Below are positions 13,381-26,755 of a DNA stretch of 64,000 nt, piece by piece; positions within the stretch are counted from its first letter, which is position 1; every line of letters begins with the position of its first letter. The position numbers and the translations under genes are program-made. The notes beneath the pieces are model-generated. The model was not told the origin of the DNA. It saw nothing but the letters and a program-made list of their open reading frames with translations, and did not search any database. The stretch is from Eledone cirrhosa (Eukaryota): assembly GCA_964016885.1 (NCBI GenBank), contig OZ024757.1, positions 28,458,001 through 28,522,000 of the forward strand, given 5' to 3'.

Positions 13381-13936
13381 GGTGACGTTGGCAATGACAA
13401 CCACAATGAAAGCTATAGTGCTGACACGCAATTGTTAAAGAAGAATAAAAATAAATTTTGATTTCCCTAAAATGCAAAAAAAAAAAGATTTTTTTTTTAT
13501 CATTTCCTTTTACTTTATTCAATTATTTCTTTTTTCCTTAAATTTAATATTTTTTATGTTTTTATGTGGCTGGTGGGTGGGGGGAGAGGTAAGGTGGTGG
13601 TGGATTTCTTTTCCTTCACCCCACCACCACCCTAATCCATCACCTCTTCCTCTCTTTCTTTAAAACTCCTTAATTCATCAACGCTACCACCACCACCACT
13701 ACTACAACTACTACTACCACCAACACTACAACTACATCCATCACCACCACAACTACTACTACTACTATTACCACTACTACTATTACTGTTCGTACTACCA
13801 CTACTACAACTACATCCATCACAACCACCACCACTACTGCTGCTACTACTACTACAACTACATCCATCACCACCACCAACACTACAACTACATCCATTAC
13901 CACTAGTACTACTACTACTACTACTGCATCCATCAA

Positions 13937-13972
<36 letters not shown>

Positions 13973-14292
13973 CAACACTACAACTCCATTTATCACAACC
14001 ACCACTAAAAGTAATACTACTACTAACACTATAACTCCATCTATCACCACCACCACTAGTACTACTACTACTACCACCACATCCATCACCACTACTACTA
14101 CTACTACATGCATCACCAAGACGACCACTATTACTACTCCATCCATCACCATCACCACCAATAACCAACACCACCAACACCACCACCATCACCACCATCA
14201 CCACTTCTACCACCATACCATTCCTATATTTAGTATAACTTGTTTTTTTTCCTATCTTCCTCTAATCCTCTCTTTTAGTATCCTTTCTCTTA

Positions 14293-14366
<74 letters not shown>

Positions 14367-14477
14367 CACACACTCCCATATATATATATAAACTTAGGAA
14401 AATCCACAAAGAGAGGACAAGATAATGAATAAAAGCAAGGCAAAACAAAAAACAATATATTGTATATATATATATAT

Positions 14478-14570
14478 ACATTATATTACTCCACCATCAG
14501 TTGAGTGCTTTATATCAGTTATAAAACTTTTAAGTTTGTTGAATTCCAACAAATTAAATATAACCTTTGC
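14478..14570 (+). mobile_element. 3' tail-only copy of the HHR element family at 58214-58591
   Basis: TACTCCACCATCAGTTGAGTGCTTTA...GTTTGTTGAATTCCAACAAATTAAATATAAC aligns with 58517-58585. (TA)n on both sides. Confidence 0.6.
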
Positions 14571-14632
14571 ATATATATATATATATAGTAAGAATATTTT
14601 CGAAACAGCGAGTGGGTTTGAAATTATTAGAA

Positions 14633-14703
14633 ATGTAAGCTATCGCCGTATTTTGACTAAATAAATTTAATTTCTTTAGTCAAAATACGGCGATAGCTGA
14701 CAT
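14633..14703. repeat. Fold-back palindrome between (TA)n tracts
   Basis: 29-bp arms ATGTAAGCTATCGCCGTATTTTGACTAAA / TTTAGTCAAAATACGGCGATAGCTGACAT with one mismatch. Confidence 0.85.
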
Positions 14704-14813
14704 ACATATATATATGTTAAGTATTTCCGAAGAAAAAGCAAAGGAAAAAAGAGTGCTCTATGTATAGAACAGAGCTATTTAATTAGAAAGTGAACAACAC
14801 AATATATAACTAT

Positions 14814-14879
14814 TCTATTACCAAAGGTTTCAGGACCCTAGGCAATATTACCATACGTCTAGATCATTCATCAGACAGA
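14814..14879 (-). ncRNA. Putative type-I hammerhead ribozyme in a (TA)n-flanked insert (14716-14886)
   Basis: Minus strand: TCTGT-CTGATGA-[GATCTAG...CTAGGGTC stem II]-GAAA-CC TTT GG-TA-ATAGA. Predicted GUA cleavage site. Confidence 0.65.
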
Positions 14880-14904
14880 GAGGTTATATATATATATATA
14901 TATA

Positions 14905-15132
14905 TCATCATCACCATCAATTAATGTTCATTTTCCACGCTGTCATGGGTTAGAGGGGTTCTTTCATTAGAGGCAAGTCGAGTCAGATGTCCGTGTCTTG
15001 CTCATACAGAACTGTTTCTGGCTAGATTTCTACAGCCAGATGCCCCTTCCGAACACCAACCACATTTGCAGTGTGTGCTGGGTGCTTTTTGTCATGACAC
15101 CCACACGACCACTTTACAGTGTGGGTTGGATG
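14905..15132 (-). mobile_element. SINE family B 3' part
   Basis: TTTCTACAGCCAGATGCCCCTTCCGAACACCAACCAC...ACCACTTTACAGTGTGG with a (CAT)n tail at the left. Confidence 0.65.
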
Positions 15133-15188
15133 CTATATATACACATATATGTACATACTCATATATACATACATACACACATACACAC

Positions 15189-15277
<89 letters not shown>

Positions 15278-16809
15278 TATATATCTCCATCATCATCATT
15301 TACCACCACTTACCCTGCTTGCAAAGATATATATATATATATATACAAACACACACACACATCTCTCCACCCTTTCTCCTACTTTCTTCATTTGCTTCTC
15401 TCTACACCCTCCTCCTTTCCTTTTCTCATTCTTTCTCTCTTTCCTCCTCTCTCACTCTATTCTGAAATTTCTGGACCAAAATCATGTTTTTGTGTTTTTC
15501 ATTAAGGTTTGCTAATTGATTCATGATAGGTTTTGTTAATTGTCTTTATATTGTGTTGTTGCTGGTGGTGGTGGTGGTGGTGGTGGTGGTGATGGTGTTG
15601 ATAGTGATGGTGGTGGTGGTGGTATTGTTTTCGGGTGTGGTGGTGTTTGGAGTAGTAGTAGTGTTGTTGTTAATAGTGGTGATGGTTATTGATAGTGGTT
15701 TGGAGTAGTAATTGTTGTTGTTGTTGTTGTTGTTGTTTGGAGTAGTAATTGTTGTTGTTGTTGTTGTTGGTGTTTGGAGTAGTAATTTGGCTCAGTCTTG
15801 TTTGAGCGATGGCCATCTTATCTTTTATTGAAACATATTGTATCTAAGACTATATTTATGAAATGTGTTCTTTGTTTTTAAAGATTTAGTGTTTGATTTG
15901 ATGGGGGTTTGACTGCTATTTCTAGTATCTCAGTTGACCATATAAATGTTCCTTAGCTGGTTCTTCAACAATAGAGAGTAAATAGGGTTACCAGATTTTC
16001 TAGAAATAACAACCCAAATCCTTCAAATCACATCTTACTCTCTTAAAAAGGGGAAGGACATGCTAGACAGTAACATCCTAGATATACAAAATGATAGGAG
16101 AGGGCCATGGTTGGAAAGTCTTTGAACATATGTCTGCTAGATCAAGGCTGACCCAGGATTAAACAATCTGTTGTTTGGTTTACCCATTTGCTACCAACAT
16201 ATCAGAAACCAATTCTGATTCTATGAAACAAAACCACTGATGGTGGTGTTGGTGATGGTGGTGGTATTGGTGAGATTGGGGGTAGTAGTTGTTAGTGGTG
16301 TTGGTTGGTGGAGGCGATGGTCTTATTCATGGAAATGGGAGTGGTTGTAGTGGTGAGGGTGATGTATGTATTGGGGGTTATAGTTGATAGTAATGGTAGT
16401 TTGAGGTGGAGGTGTAGAGTAGTTGTCTTTGAAATAATTATTGCGATATTAAACATTGCTTTCCGGTTGATTCTGGTTGATTCCAGTTGATTATGGTAGC
16501 TTTGGCAGTGACACGGAAATTATTGTGGGTGGCACCTTCCCAGTCTCAGACAGGAATTACTGACAGGATCTCATCATCATCATCATTGTCATCATTACCA
16601 CCACCACTACCATCATCATCACAATTATCACTATCACAACTATCATTGTCATCATTGTCACTACCATCATTACCACCACCACTACGTCCCCCACCAGCCC
16701 CATCATCATCATTTTTACATCTACCTTTCCAATGGTGATACATTAACAGAGTTGATAGAGCATTGGACTAAATGCCTTTCAGCTTTTGTTGTGTTTCTCT
16801 GCAGTGACA

Positions 16810-17395
16810 CTTCTACCAGGAGTTGCAACTCACAGATAATATCAGCAACGGAAAGACCATTGGAAACATAGCTTCATTGGGGGTAATCTGAGGATTAGCT
16901 CCTGTCTTCTACCGGGAGTTATAACTGGTAGATAATATCAGTAATAGAAAGACCAATGGAAACAGAGTTTCCTTGGTGTGATCTTATGATCAGCTCTTTT
17001 CTTCTGTCAGGAGTTGGAAAGACTATTGGAAACTTAGTTTCATTGTGGTAATCTGAGGATTAGTTCTTGCCTTCTTCTACCTGGAGTTGTAACTGATAGA
17101 TAATATCAGTAGAAACATAGTCTGATCATAGTCCTTGGCTCTTTTCTTCTGCCAAGAGTTGCAACTGATGGAAAGACCAACGGAAACATTGTTTCTTTAG
17201 TGTAATGTGATAATCAACTCTTTTCTTTTGCCAGGAGTTGTAATTGAGGGATAATATCAGCAATGAAAAGACCAACAAACAAATTGTTTCACCGGTGTGA
17301 TCCGATAATCGGGGTTGCAACTGACAGATAGTATCAGCAATGGAAAGACCAATGGAAACATAGTTTCGTTGGTGAGATCTAAGGATTACCCTTCT
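16810..17395. repeat. Degenerate ~95-bp tandem array
   Basis: Unit CAGGAGTTGCAACT..CAGATAATATCAGCAATGGAAAGACCAATGGAAACATAG...CTGAGGATTAGCTC, about 7 partial or full copies. Solo units at 55220-55312 (+) and about 1965-2028 (-). Confidence 0.8.
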
Positions 17396-17419
17396 CTTCC
17401 TTTCCTATCCAAGTTTCGT

Positions 17420-17670
17420 TGAGTTAGATGAGTCTTCTCCAGCCCAGCTATGCTTCACCTGTTGCATTTCTTCAAAATCTCTTTTATGAGGTTCAAAGTT
17501 CATCAGGTCTTCCTTAGTCTTCTTCTTCAGCTGCTATCTTCCTACTTCACATGTCTGTACCCATGCAGTCTTCTCTCTCTTGTTACACACACCATATAAT
17601 TCCTCTTATGCCCATTTTCACCTTCACCTCATCTCTTCTCTGCCTTTCATGCCATACTAATGTGCATCTA
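17420..17670 (-). mobile_element. Highly degenerate RTE-like LINE 3' remnant
   Basis: Purine-rich minus strand ending GGAGAAGACTCATCTAACTC, similar to the ...CGTCTAACCCATGC tail shared with family B SINEs. Confidence 0.35.
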
Positions 17671-18349
17671 TATGTACTATAGTCTAACTAGGTTAGTGTT
17701 GCTGTTGTTGTTGTTGCTGCTGCTGCTGATGATATTTCCTTATTATCCTCTAGCATAATCAACAGTGGTTCCAACATCATCACACTTTCTTATAGTTGTT
17801 GTGGTTGTTGCTGTACCTGTAGCTGTTATTGTTGTTATGATTGTTGTGGTTGTTGGTTTTGTTATTGCTGTTATTATTGTTGTGGTTGTTGTTGTACCTG
17901 TAGTTGTTATTGTTGTCTGTTATTATACTGTATTCTCTTCTCAACAGAAAAGCTAGCCATGGTGCTTTTGACTTCCCATTGAATGACTGAAGAAAGAAAT
18001 CTAACCATCCATATTGTTTCTACTTCTTCTTCTTCTTGATATTCTTCTTCTTCTTCTTCTTCTTCTTCTTCTTCTTCTTCTTCTTCTTCTTCTTCTTCAA
18101 CTTTTTTTTTCTTTCTTTCTGTCACCAAAACTAAATGCAATGAATAATAATACTAATAACAACAAAAGTAGTAATAGTCGTAGTAGCAGTAGTAACAGCA
18201 ACAGTAACAGTCACAACCGTATTACTGCTACATCATCACACCACAACACTACCTCACAACCACCACCACCATAATAACAATAATGATAATAATGGCCACC
18301 ACATTACCACCACACCTCCATCCTAACATCACATCAACATAATAATAAT

Positions 18350-19086
18350 GGTATCATACTACCAGCACCACCACACCACCAACACCACACTACCACCACA
18401 CCACCACACTACTGTCATGACCACCACACCACCAACACCACACTACCACCACACCACCACCAACACCACACTACCACCACACCACCAACACCTCACTACC
18501 ACCACACCACCACCAACACCACACTACCACCACACTACCACCACACCACCACACCACACCAACAACAACCACACTACCACCACACCACCACACCACACCA
18601 ACAACAACCACACTACCACCACACCACCAACACCACACTACCACCACACCACCAACACCACACTACCACCACACCACCACACCACCAACACCACACTACC
18701 ACCACACCACCACACTACTGTCATGACCACCACACCACCAACACCACACTACCACCACACCACCACACCACACTACTATCATGACCACCACACCACCAAC
18801 TCCACACTACCACCACACCACCACACCACACCAACAACAACCACACTACCACCACAACCAACACCACACCACCACACCACACTACTGTCATGACCACCAC
18901 ACCACCAACACTACACTACCACCACACCACCAACACCACACTACCACCACAACCAACACCACACTACCACCACACCACCACACCACACTACTATCATGAC
19001 CACCACACCACCAACACTACACTACCACCACACCACCACACCACACCAACAACAACCACACTACCATTACATCACCACACCACCAT
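18350..19086. repeat. CAC/CAA compound low-complexity array with higher-order units
   Basis: Recurrent CACCACACTACCACCACACCACCAA and ACTACTGTCATGACC motifs. Confidence 0.85.
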
Positions 19087-19388
19087 AATAAATTAATCTT
19101 TTCTTTGGCTAAGATAGAAATCTTGGTGTATTTTTCTCTCTCTCGCAGTCGCTGGTATTGTGGTGTTCTTTTGTGTGATCAGTTTTCCTTGTACAACTCC
19201 CCAAAGATACTATAGTGAAGTCCACTGATTTCAAACAAGAGCCTAAGATAAAAGGTGACTATGATAGTCATTAGCTAGCATAGAAATCTCTAGCTGTTGG
19301 TCTCTCTCTCTTTCTCTCTAGCTGTTGGTCTCTCTCTCTCTTTCTCTCTAGCTGTTGGTCTCACTCTCTCTCTTTCTCTCTAGCTGTT

Positions 19389-19515
<127 letters not shown>

Positions 19516-19989
19516 AGGGAAAGCAGACATTAAATGATATATATGTATATATATATATATATATATACATACCCACCTCTCTCTCTCCCTTTCCATTTTA
19601 CTTTGGCTGGAAACTACTAAGAGAGAGAGATATAGAGGGAAAAGGGAAGAGAGACAAGGAGAGTGTGTATGTGTATGTTGAAAAGGAAGTGAGAGAATGC
19701 TATAATTATTCCATTGTCAAAAATTGTTTCCCATTCGGCCTCCTGTTATAAATGAGTGCCAGAGAGAGGGAATTCTCCATCCAGCCATTCATTCATATGT
19801 CTACTTGAATCTGAATATCTCTCTATCTACCTGTCTGTCTGTTTACCTATCTCTTTATCTATATATATCTAGCCATCTATCTGTCTCTCTATCTATCTAG
19901 CCAGTCACCTCTCTCTCTGTCCCCATCTCTCTCTCTCTCTATATATAGTTGAAATCATCTAGAAAACCATTCTTAGTTTTTACATATAT

Positions 19990-20535
19990 AACTATCTACC
20001 CAACTATTCATATTTCAGTGCCTCTCTATATCTATTTATTTGTCTATCTACCCAACTATTCATATTTCAGTGCCTCTCTATATCTATTTATTTGTCTATC
20101 TACCCAACTATTCATATTTCAGTGCCTCTCTATATCTATTTATTTGTCTATCTACCCAACTATTCATATTTCAGTGCCTCTCTATATCTATTTATTTGTC
20201 TATCTATGTATCTATTCATATTTCAGTGCCGCTCTATATCTATTTATTTGTCTATCTACGTATCTATTCATATTTCAGTGCCGCTCTATATCTATTTATT
20301 TGTCTATCTACATATCTATTCATAGTTCAGTGCCTCTCTACATCTATTTATTTGTCTATCTACGTATCTATTCATATTTCAGTGCCTCTCTACATCTATT
20401 TATTTGTCTATCTACGTATCTATTTATATTTCAGTGCCTCTCTATATCTATTTATTTGTCTATCTACCCAACTATTCATATTTCAGTGCCTCTCTATATC
20501 TATATATTTGTCTATCTACGTATCTATTTATCTAC
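19990..20535. repeat. 52-bp minisatellite, about 10 copies
   Basis: Unit CTATCTACCCAACTATTCATATTTCAGTGCCTCTCTATATCTATTTATTTGT. Confidence 0.9.
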
Positions 20536-20880
20536 TCATCTAACTGTATATGTCTGTTTGTTTCCCTGTCATTCTGTCTGTCATTCTGTCTGTCTGTTTA
20601 TGTGTGTGTTACATAGTAATTCATTTATACAAGGGTATACTTAAAATATTAAGCATATATAACTATAGAATCAAAATGACAGAGAGACAAAATAGTGTTT
20701 ATCACACACACATACATTGTGTTGCCTTTTAACATGTTATAAAGGTTTATTTTCTACAGCATATGCTACCGGTGCCTTGAGAAAACAACACCAAATTTCA
20801 GCACAGAGCATATAAAAAAATCAAAATAACAGATATCAGATTTATTCGATCGTTATTTTGTTCTGTTTTTTTTTTCTGTT

Positions 20881-21058
20881 CAAATTCTGGCTGTTTGATG
20901 GGGTCATAGCTGTTACATAATGGTTATGACTGAAATATATTTGACTTACACTTCTTGTTTATAAATATACTCCTGAGTAAACAGACCCACCTGCACACTC
21001 CATCGAGTGCTCTACCCTGCATACTGAAGTGTCGGTAATTAACCAACACATATTCGAA
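20881..21058 (+). mobile_element. Decayed HHR-bearing element, same family as 47870-48353
   Basis: CTGT-TTGATGG-GGTCATAGCTGTT ACAT AATGGTTATGACT-GAAATATAT: core mutated, stem II fully pairable. Tail TTGACTTAC...TACTCCTGAGTAAA...TCGAGTGCTC...CTGCATACTGA aligns to the reverse complement of 47870-47983. Confidence 0.7.
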
Positions 21059-21242
21059 TTAATATATATACATATACATATATATATATATATACAGCAT
21101 GATCAACAAGTTTATAATATCCCGCTTTTACTTATGGCCTATTTTTGTGTGTGGGTCACTTTAACGGCCTGACCCCATGCAACGGGCAGGAAGCGATATA
21201 TTCTCTTACTATGAGGCTTTATACCCTTATAGTATGGAAATA

Positions 21243-21322
21243 GCTGTCTGAAGATCTAATTCTTTCCATTGGAAATTCTCTGAATTTCCAATCTTTTGAT
21301 TAGTGAAACCGTTGGTAATGGC
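21243..21322 (+). ncRNA. Putative type-I hammerhead ribozyme with long stem II, in a (TA)n-flanked insert (21095-21400)
   Basis: GCTGT-CTGAAGA-T-CTAATT...ATTGGAAATTC TCT GAATTTCCAAT...GATTAG-T-GAAA-CC GTT GG-TA-ATGGC. Confidence 0.65.
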
Positions 21323-21395
21323 AATAGAACAGGTGAATATTTAAATCGTTTTTTAATTTATTTAAAAGATTGTTTGATGATTACTTGTTCCGCTC

Positions 21396-21433
<38 letters not shown>

Positions 21434-22350
21434 AGCAGGCTGTTCTGTTGATCAAACAACTGGAACACTTGTTGAAACCAACAGCAATTCATTCCATTTG
21501 TATATTTATCTATTTGTCTATATATTGAGCTCTATATTTATCGATCTCTTCAAGTATTTTATTGATTCCTCACAGAACCAATAAGTGAACCAACAAACTA
21601 ACAAAAAACCTGTAAAAGAATATTGTAAAAAAAAAATTTTTTTTTGTTATATATAAAAAACAGATATAAATAGTTATAATTGTAAAGCTAGTGTGTATAT
21701 ATTTGTAAGTGTGAATCCTGTGTATATAGTTTGTAGGTGTGAACAGAATGTATATAGTTCCATTGTCTTTGACCAGTGTGTTTAGGGCATGTCTCTCAGA
21801 TGTAGGAACCTCTCAAAGATCTGGCAGATTTTTCTATAAGAAATGACAGTTATGATATCAAGCATCAGTGTAACTCATCTGTGGATCTCCTGTCAGATTC
21901 CTTCGGCTCTCGCAAGGGAAATAAATTCTACTGTTTTTATTGTAAATCAATGACTGTAACGGACTTTATGAGTCGAGGAAAGGAAAAGAATAACAAGACC
22001 AAACAATAGATAATGGATAGAGAAGTAAATAAATAAACAAAATAAGCAAAATGTAACAAGAGTAAATGAAATGATTTCAGTTGTTTCTTGTCAATGAAAA
22101 GTGGGATAATATAGTAAATATATAGGTGCTGATCAGGGCTCATATGTTTAAGATGTCTTAGTAATATATATATAATCAGAGCAAGCTAATATATTTAGGT
22201 CTTAGTATAATATATAGCTGGTAATCAGGGCTCATATATTTAAGATGTCATAGTAATATATATGTAAAAAGGGCAAGCTAATATATTTAGGTCTTACTAT
22301 AATATATAGGTGGTAAACAGGGCTCGTATATTTAGGTCTTAGCATTATAT

Positions 22351-22660
22351 ATTGTTTCTACTTTTGGCACAAGGCCAGCAATTACCCAGTACATTACTGG
22401 CACTTTATTTTATCGACCCCGTAAGGATGAAGGGCAAAGTTAACCTCGACAGGATTTGAACTCAGACAGTAAAGGACGTAACTATGCTTAGGTCTTAGCA
22501 TTATATATGAAGGCAGACTCGTTAGAATGTCAGATAGAATGCTTTATGGTATTCGTTCCGGCTCTCTTCTCTCGGAGTTCAAATCCCGCCGAGGTCAACT
22601 TTGCATTTCATCCTTTCAAGGTCGATAAAAAGAACTACCAGTCTAGTACTGGGGTCGATT
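22351..22660. mobile_element. Two family A SINE copies head-to-head (22351-22488 minus, 5'-truncated; 22510-22660 plus, older)
   Basis: Both carry the GAGTTCAAATCC B-box and the TTTCATCCTT..GGTCGATAAAA core. TTAGGTCTTAGCATTATAT is duplicated around the first copy. Confidence 0.75.
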
Positions 22661-22901
22661 CTTCCTCTATATCTCATTCTCATTTCCTCTCTCTCATTTT
22701 CTATCTTTCTCTGGAAGAAATCTGCTGTACTCAGGCCTGGAGAGGGATGGGCTCCGCCGGGCTTAAAATGTCCAAGAAACGCTGTATGTCAATATGGCGC
22801 CCCTATGACTCTATCAGGAGTTACGAGACTCAAAAACAAATATATATATATATTATTCAAAATGTTAACAAATGAAAAATATTCACATAATCAAAATATA
22901 T

Positions 22902-22962
22902 ATTTTATTATACATATTTCAAAGGTACAATGGTGTTTAAGTACGTTTTCATCAGACAAAAT
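22902..22962 (-). ncRNA. Putative type-I hammerhead ribozyme (same family as 58404-58465)
   Basis: Minus strand ATTTTGT-CTGATGA-AAACGTAC...GTACCTTT-GAAA-T ATGT A-TA-ATAAAAT. Confidence 0.7.
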
Positions 22963-23399
22963 ATATGATTTGATAAGTGACATACCGCTACGGCTTTGAT
23001 TATTCAATTCCAGTATTGGCATTATATATATATATGTAATCAGAGCCAACTAATATGTTTAGGTCTTCGTATTATGTATGTAAACAGGGTTCATGTCTTT
23101 AGGATGTCTTGCTAATATATATATGTAAACAGAATGGGCTAATGTGCTTTGGTTGTCTTAGTCATATATATGTAAACAGAACAAGCTAATGTTTTGACTA
23201 TCTTAGTAATATATATATGTAAACATATATCATATCTTAAAGATATCATAGTAATGTATGTATGTATTGATGGATGGATGTAAATAGGGCTCATATTTTT
23301 AACATGTCTTAGTGATGTAAACATAACTAGGTATCATATAATAGCAAGATGTGTTACTGATGTATATGTAAACAGATATCATATCTTTAGGATATCGCT

Positions 23400-23670
23400 C
23401 CTCTCATGATCATTGCTGCAATGATAGTTATAGCCAACAACTTCTCCTTCGACTTATCTCATGATCATTGCTGCAATGATAGTTATCCCTCAAATGTTTT
23501 CATTCACTCCTCTTTCTTAGTTATTGCTGCAATAATAGTTATTGTCAAACTATTTTTCACCAACTCCTTTCTTAGTCATCGCTGCAATAATAGTTATCAT
23601 CAACTCCTTTCTTAATCATTGCTACAATGATAGTTATTGCCAAAATGTTTTCGTTGACTCCTCTCATAAT
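23400..23670. repeat. Degenerate tandem array
   Basis: Five recurrences of ATCATTGCTGCAATGATAGTTAT. Confidence 0.7.
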
Positions 23671-23714
23671 GTGTGTGTGTTGTGTTCAAGTATTTATCGT
23701 CCAAGTACAAGAAG

Positions 23715-23759
23715 CCTAGCCCTAACTCTAACCCTAACCCATAACCCCTAACCCCTAAC
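23715..23759. repeat. Short degenerate telomere-like (CCCTAA)n tract
   Basis: CCTAGCCCTAACTCTAACCCTAACCCATAACCCCTAACCCCTAAC. Confidence 0.6.
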
Positions 23760-24051
23760 TGCAGAGAAATTTTGGAAAAGCCCGTCATCATCAGCCTTCT
23801 TTTCATCAGAGCTATATTATATATATGTATGTATGTGTGCACGCGCGCGTGTGTGTGTCTGTATATGTGTGTGTGTGCCTGTATATATATGTGTGTGTGT
23901 GTCTATATATATATATATATGTGTGTATGTGTGTGTCTCTATGTAGGTATGTGTCTGGATCTGTATGTGTCTGTGTGTATATATATATATGTGTGTGTGT
24001 GTGTGTATGTGTCTGTATATATATATATATGTGTGTGTGTGTATGTGTCTG

Positions 24052-24082
<31 letters not shown>

Positions 24083-24985
24083 CTCTCTATATATATGTAG
24101 GTGTGTGTCTGTGTGTGTGTGTGTCATCATACCATTATTAAGCAGTTATTTAATCAACCAGACAAACCACCCCGCCCACCCTACATTATTGTTGCAGACC
24201 CTGGGGACAGATGACAGGGTTTCTTATTCCGACGATTCCATAGTTTTTCTTCTCAACCTTTTGTTGTGTATTTGTTTATTGATTTATTTACTGTTCATTA
24301 CTTTATTATTATCATTATTGTTATTATATTACCATTGTTATTGTTGTTATTATCATATATTTATGTAATTACTTTCTGTTTGTGTTTATATTTAGTGTTT
24401 TGTTTGGAGTTTTGTCCTTACTACTCTCGTTATTGTCAGTGTTATTGTTATTTTATTGTTAATGTTGTTGTTATCATTGTTGCTGCTGTTGTTGTTGTTG
24501 TTGTTGTTTTTCTGTCCTTGTGTTGTTGTCCCCCCCCCCCTCTCCAGCATCTTGCGCCCTTGTGGCCAATGGAGGAAATCATTATCATCATCATCATTAT
24601 CATCATCACTGCCAGCATCATCGTCAACATCATCATCATCATCATCATCATCATAATAATCATCATCATCCTTATCATTATCACTACCACCATCCTCATC
24701 AACATTATTAATATTATCATCATCACCCTTATCTTCATCATCATCACCATCATCAATATTATTACTATCATAATCATTATCATCATTACTATTATTATTA
24801 TTAGGAGTAGTAGTAGTAGCAGCAGCAGCAGCAGTAGCAGTAGTAGTAGTAGTAGTAGTAGTAGCAGCAGCAGCAGTAGCAGTAGTAGTAGTAGTAGTAG
24901 CAGCAGCAGTAGTAGTAGTAGTAGTAGTTTCCATATGATTTCTCTATTTGATACATTTATACATATATATGTATATGTATATGTA

Positions 24986-25016
<31 letters not shown>

Positions 25017-25500
25017 GATTGTGTGAGTGTGTGTGTGTATATATATATATATGTGTATGTGTATATTTTACTTTTAACTTATTTTTTTGTTGTTTGGTTT
25101 CTTTTTGTTGTTTTCTTCCGCCATCTTTGATGTTCCAACCAAAGACTAATTTACTCCATTGTCATGAATAATTTATATTTCTCCCCCACCACCACCACTG
25201 TCACCGCCACCACCACCTTCCATTCTTCTTCGAAAAGGACAAGACATTGAGACAGCAATATCAAATGACAGAGGAGGAGGAGGAGATTTTTATGATTCTA
25301 TAAATGTGTGTGTGTACTTGTGTGTACGCGTGTGTATATATGTGTATGGTGATGAGGGTGTGCTTGTCTCAGTGTTTCTGTGCTTAAGTGAATGTGCATA
25401 TATATATATATATGTATATATAGTTATATAAGCATATGATTTTGTATGTGTGTGTGCGTATATATATGTATATGTATATATATGTATGTATATGTGTGTG

Positions 25501-25546
<46 letters not shown>

Positions 25547-26019
25547 TGTATGTGTGTGTGTATGTGTATATATATATGTATATATATGTATGTAAGTATA
25601 TGTATATGTATGTAAATATATGTATATGTAGATGTACATATGTATGTAAATATATGTATATGTACATATGTATGTATATGTAGATGTACATATGTGTGTA
25701 TATATATATATATATATGTAGATATACATATGTATGTCTCTATATATACATGTATATATATGTATATATATATATATATGGTAATATCTATCTATATATG
25801 TGTGTGTATATAAATTTCTTGTGTCATTTCTTCTACAACAATGTTGTTGTTGTTTTTGTTGTTGTTGTTGTTATTATTATATCAAGTCAATTTTTTAATT
25901 AATTGCATTGTGATAATTTTAAGGCGGAGCCAACCTCCGATGTCTTAGAAACACGAAAGCGGGACCTCGACCTCCCCCAACAAACACCCAACCACCACTA
26001 CCACCACCATACAACATAC

Positions 26020-26111
26020 TTATGCTGGCTTTCTGATTTCCTCTGGGGTTCCTTGTCTTTTGATTCACCTCTTTTAATGTTCTGCCATTCAAGCCAGAGC
26101 TTACAAACCAT
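26020..26111 (-). CDS. Candidate first coding exon of an unidentified gene (MVCKLWLEWQNIKRGESKDKEPQRKSESQH, phase 2)
   Basis: ATG at 26111, 92 nt of stop-free non-repetitive frame, then a consensus-like donor AA|GTATGT, within a unique-sequence island. No homology recognised and no downstream exon identified. Confidence 0.3.
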
Positions 26112-26631
26112 ACATTTTCTATAGATTTTTTCATTTTTTTGTTTAAAAAAAAAAAAAGGCATCACTTCTTAAATTCCGCACTTTTTTGTTAGGTGGTGGT
26201 ATCGCTTCTTGTGTTTCAGTCATAGTAGCTGTTATTTGTGATATTATTGCAGTCATTGTTGTCGACGTTACAGTTGTTGTTGTTGTTATTGATTTGGCTT
26301 CGAAAGAGGGAGGAAGGTTAAGGTTGTTTGCTTGTTTGTTGTTGTTGTTGTTGTTGTTTTGTCCTTTTTTTTTTTTTTTTCTCTTAGTGTGTTTTCATTA
26401 TCACCTCATTTTCATTTGTATTTCATCACACCACAAATATACCAATCGACCACCAGGACTTCTCTACACACCACCCTGGCCCTCAACTGAAACACACACA
26501 CACTTTATTTTTATTAGTATTATTGTTTACCTTTTATAAGTCTGTGTGAGTGTATGTGCATGAGTATATTTTGGGGGGTTTTTTTAAACCAATTATGTGT
26601 TTCTATTCCATCATCCAAGAAATTGGCGGCA

Positions 26632-26755
26632 TTTTATTTTATTTTTATTTTATTTTATTTTATTTTATTTTATTTTATTTTATTTTATTTTATTTTATTT
26701 TATTTTATTTTATTTTATTTTATTTTATTTTATTTTATTTTATTTTATTTTATTT
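26632..26755. repeat. (TTTTA)n pentanucleotide microsatellite
   Basis: Perfect tandem run. Confidence 0.95.

Larger units (their letters stand above)
22120..23400. repeat. Degenerate ~43-bp array split by several insertions
   Basis: ATATATATGTAAACAG.GC.AGCTAATATATTTAGGTCTTAGT units at 22120-22350 and 23020-23400, separated by SINEs and an HHR element. Confidence 0.65.

Noticed and set aside
12343-13522. 300-365 aa mucin-like, Gly-rich or His-rich ORFs
   Set aside because: All five overlap one 42-bp minisatellite on both strands, so openness follows from base composition.
19990-20535. Regular repeat arrays as CRISPR (also 10780-11230)
   Set aside because: Units are contiguous with no unique spacers, there are no cas genes, and the context is eukaryotic.
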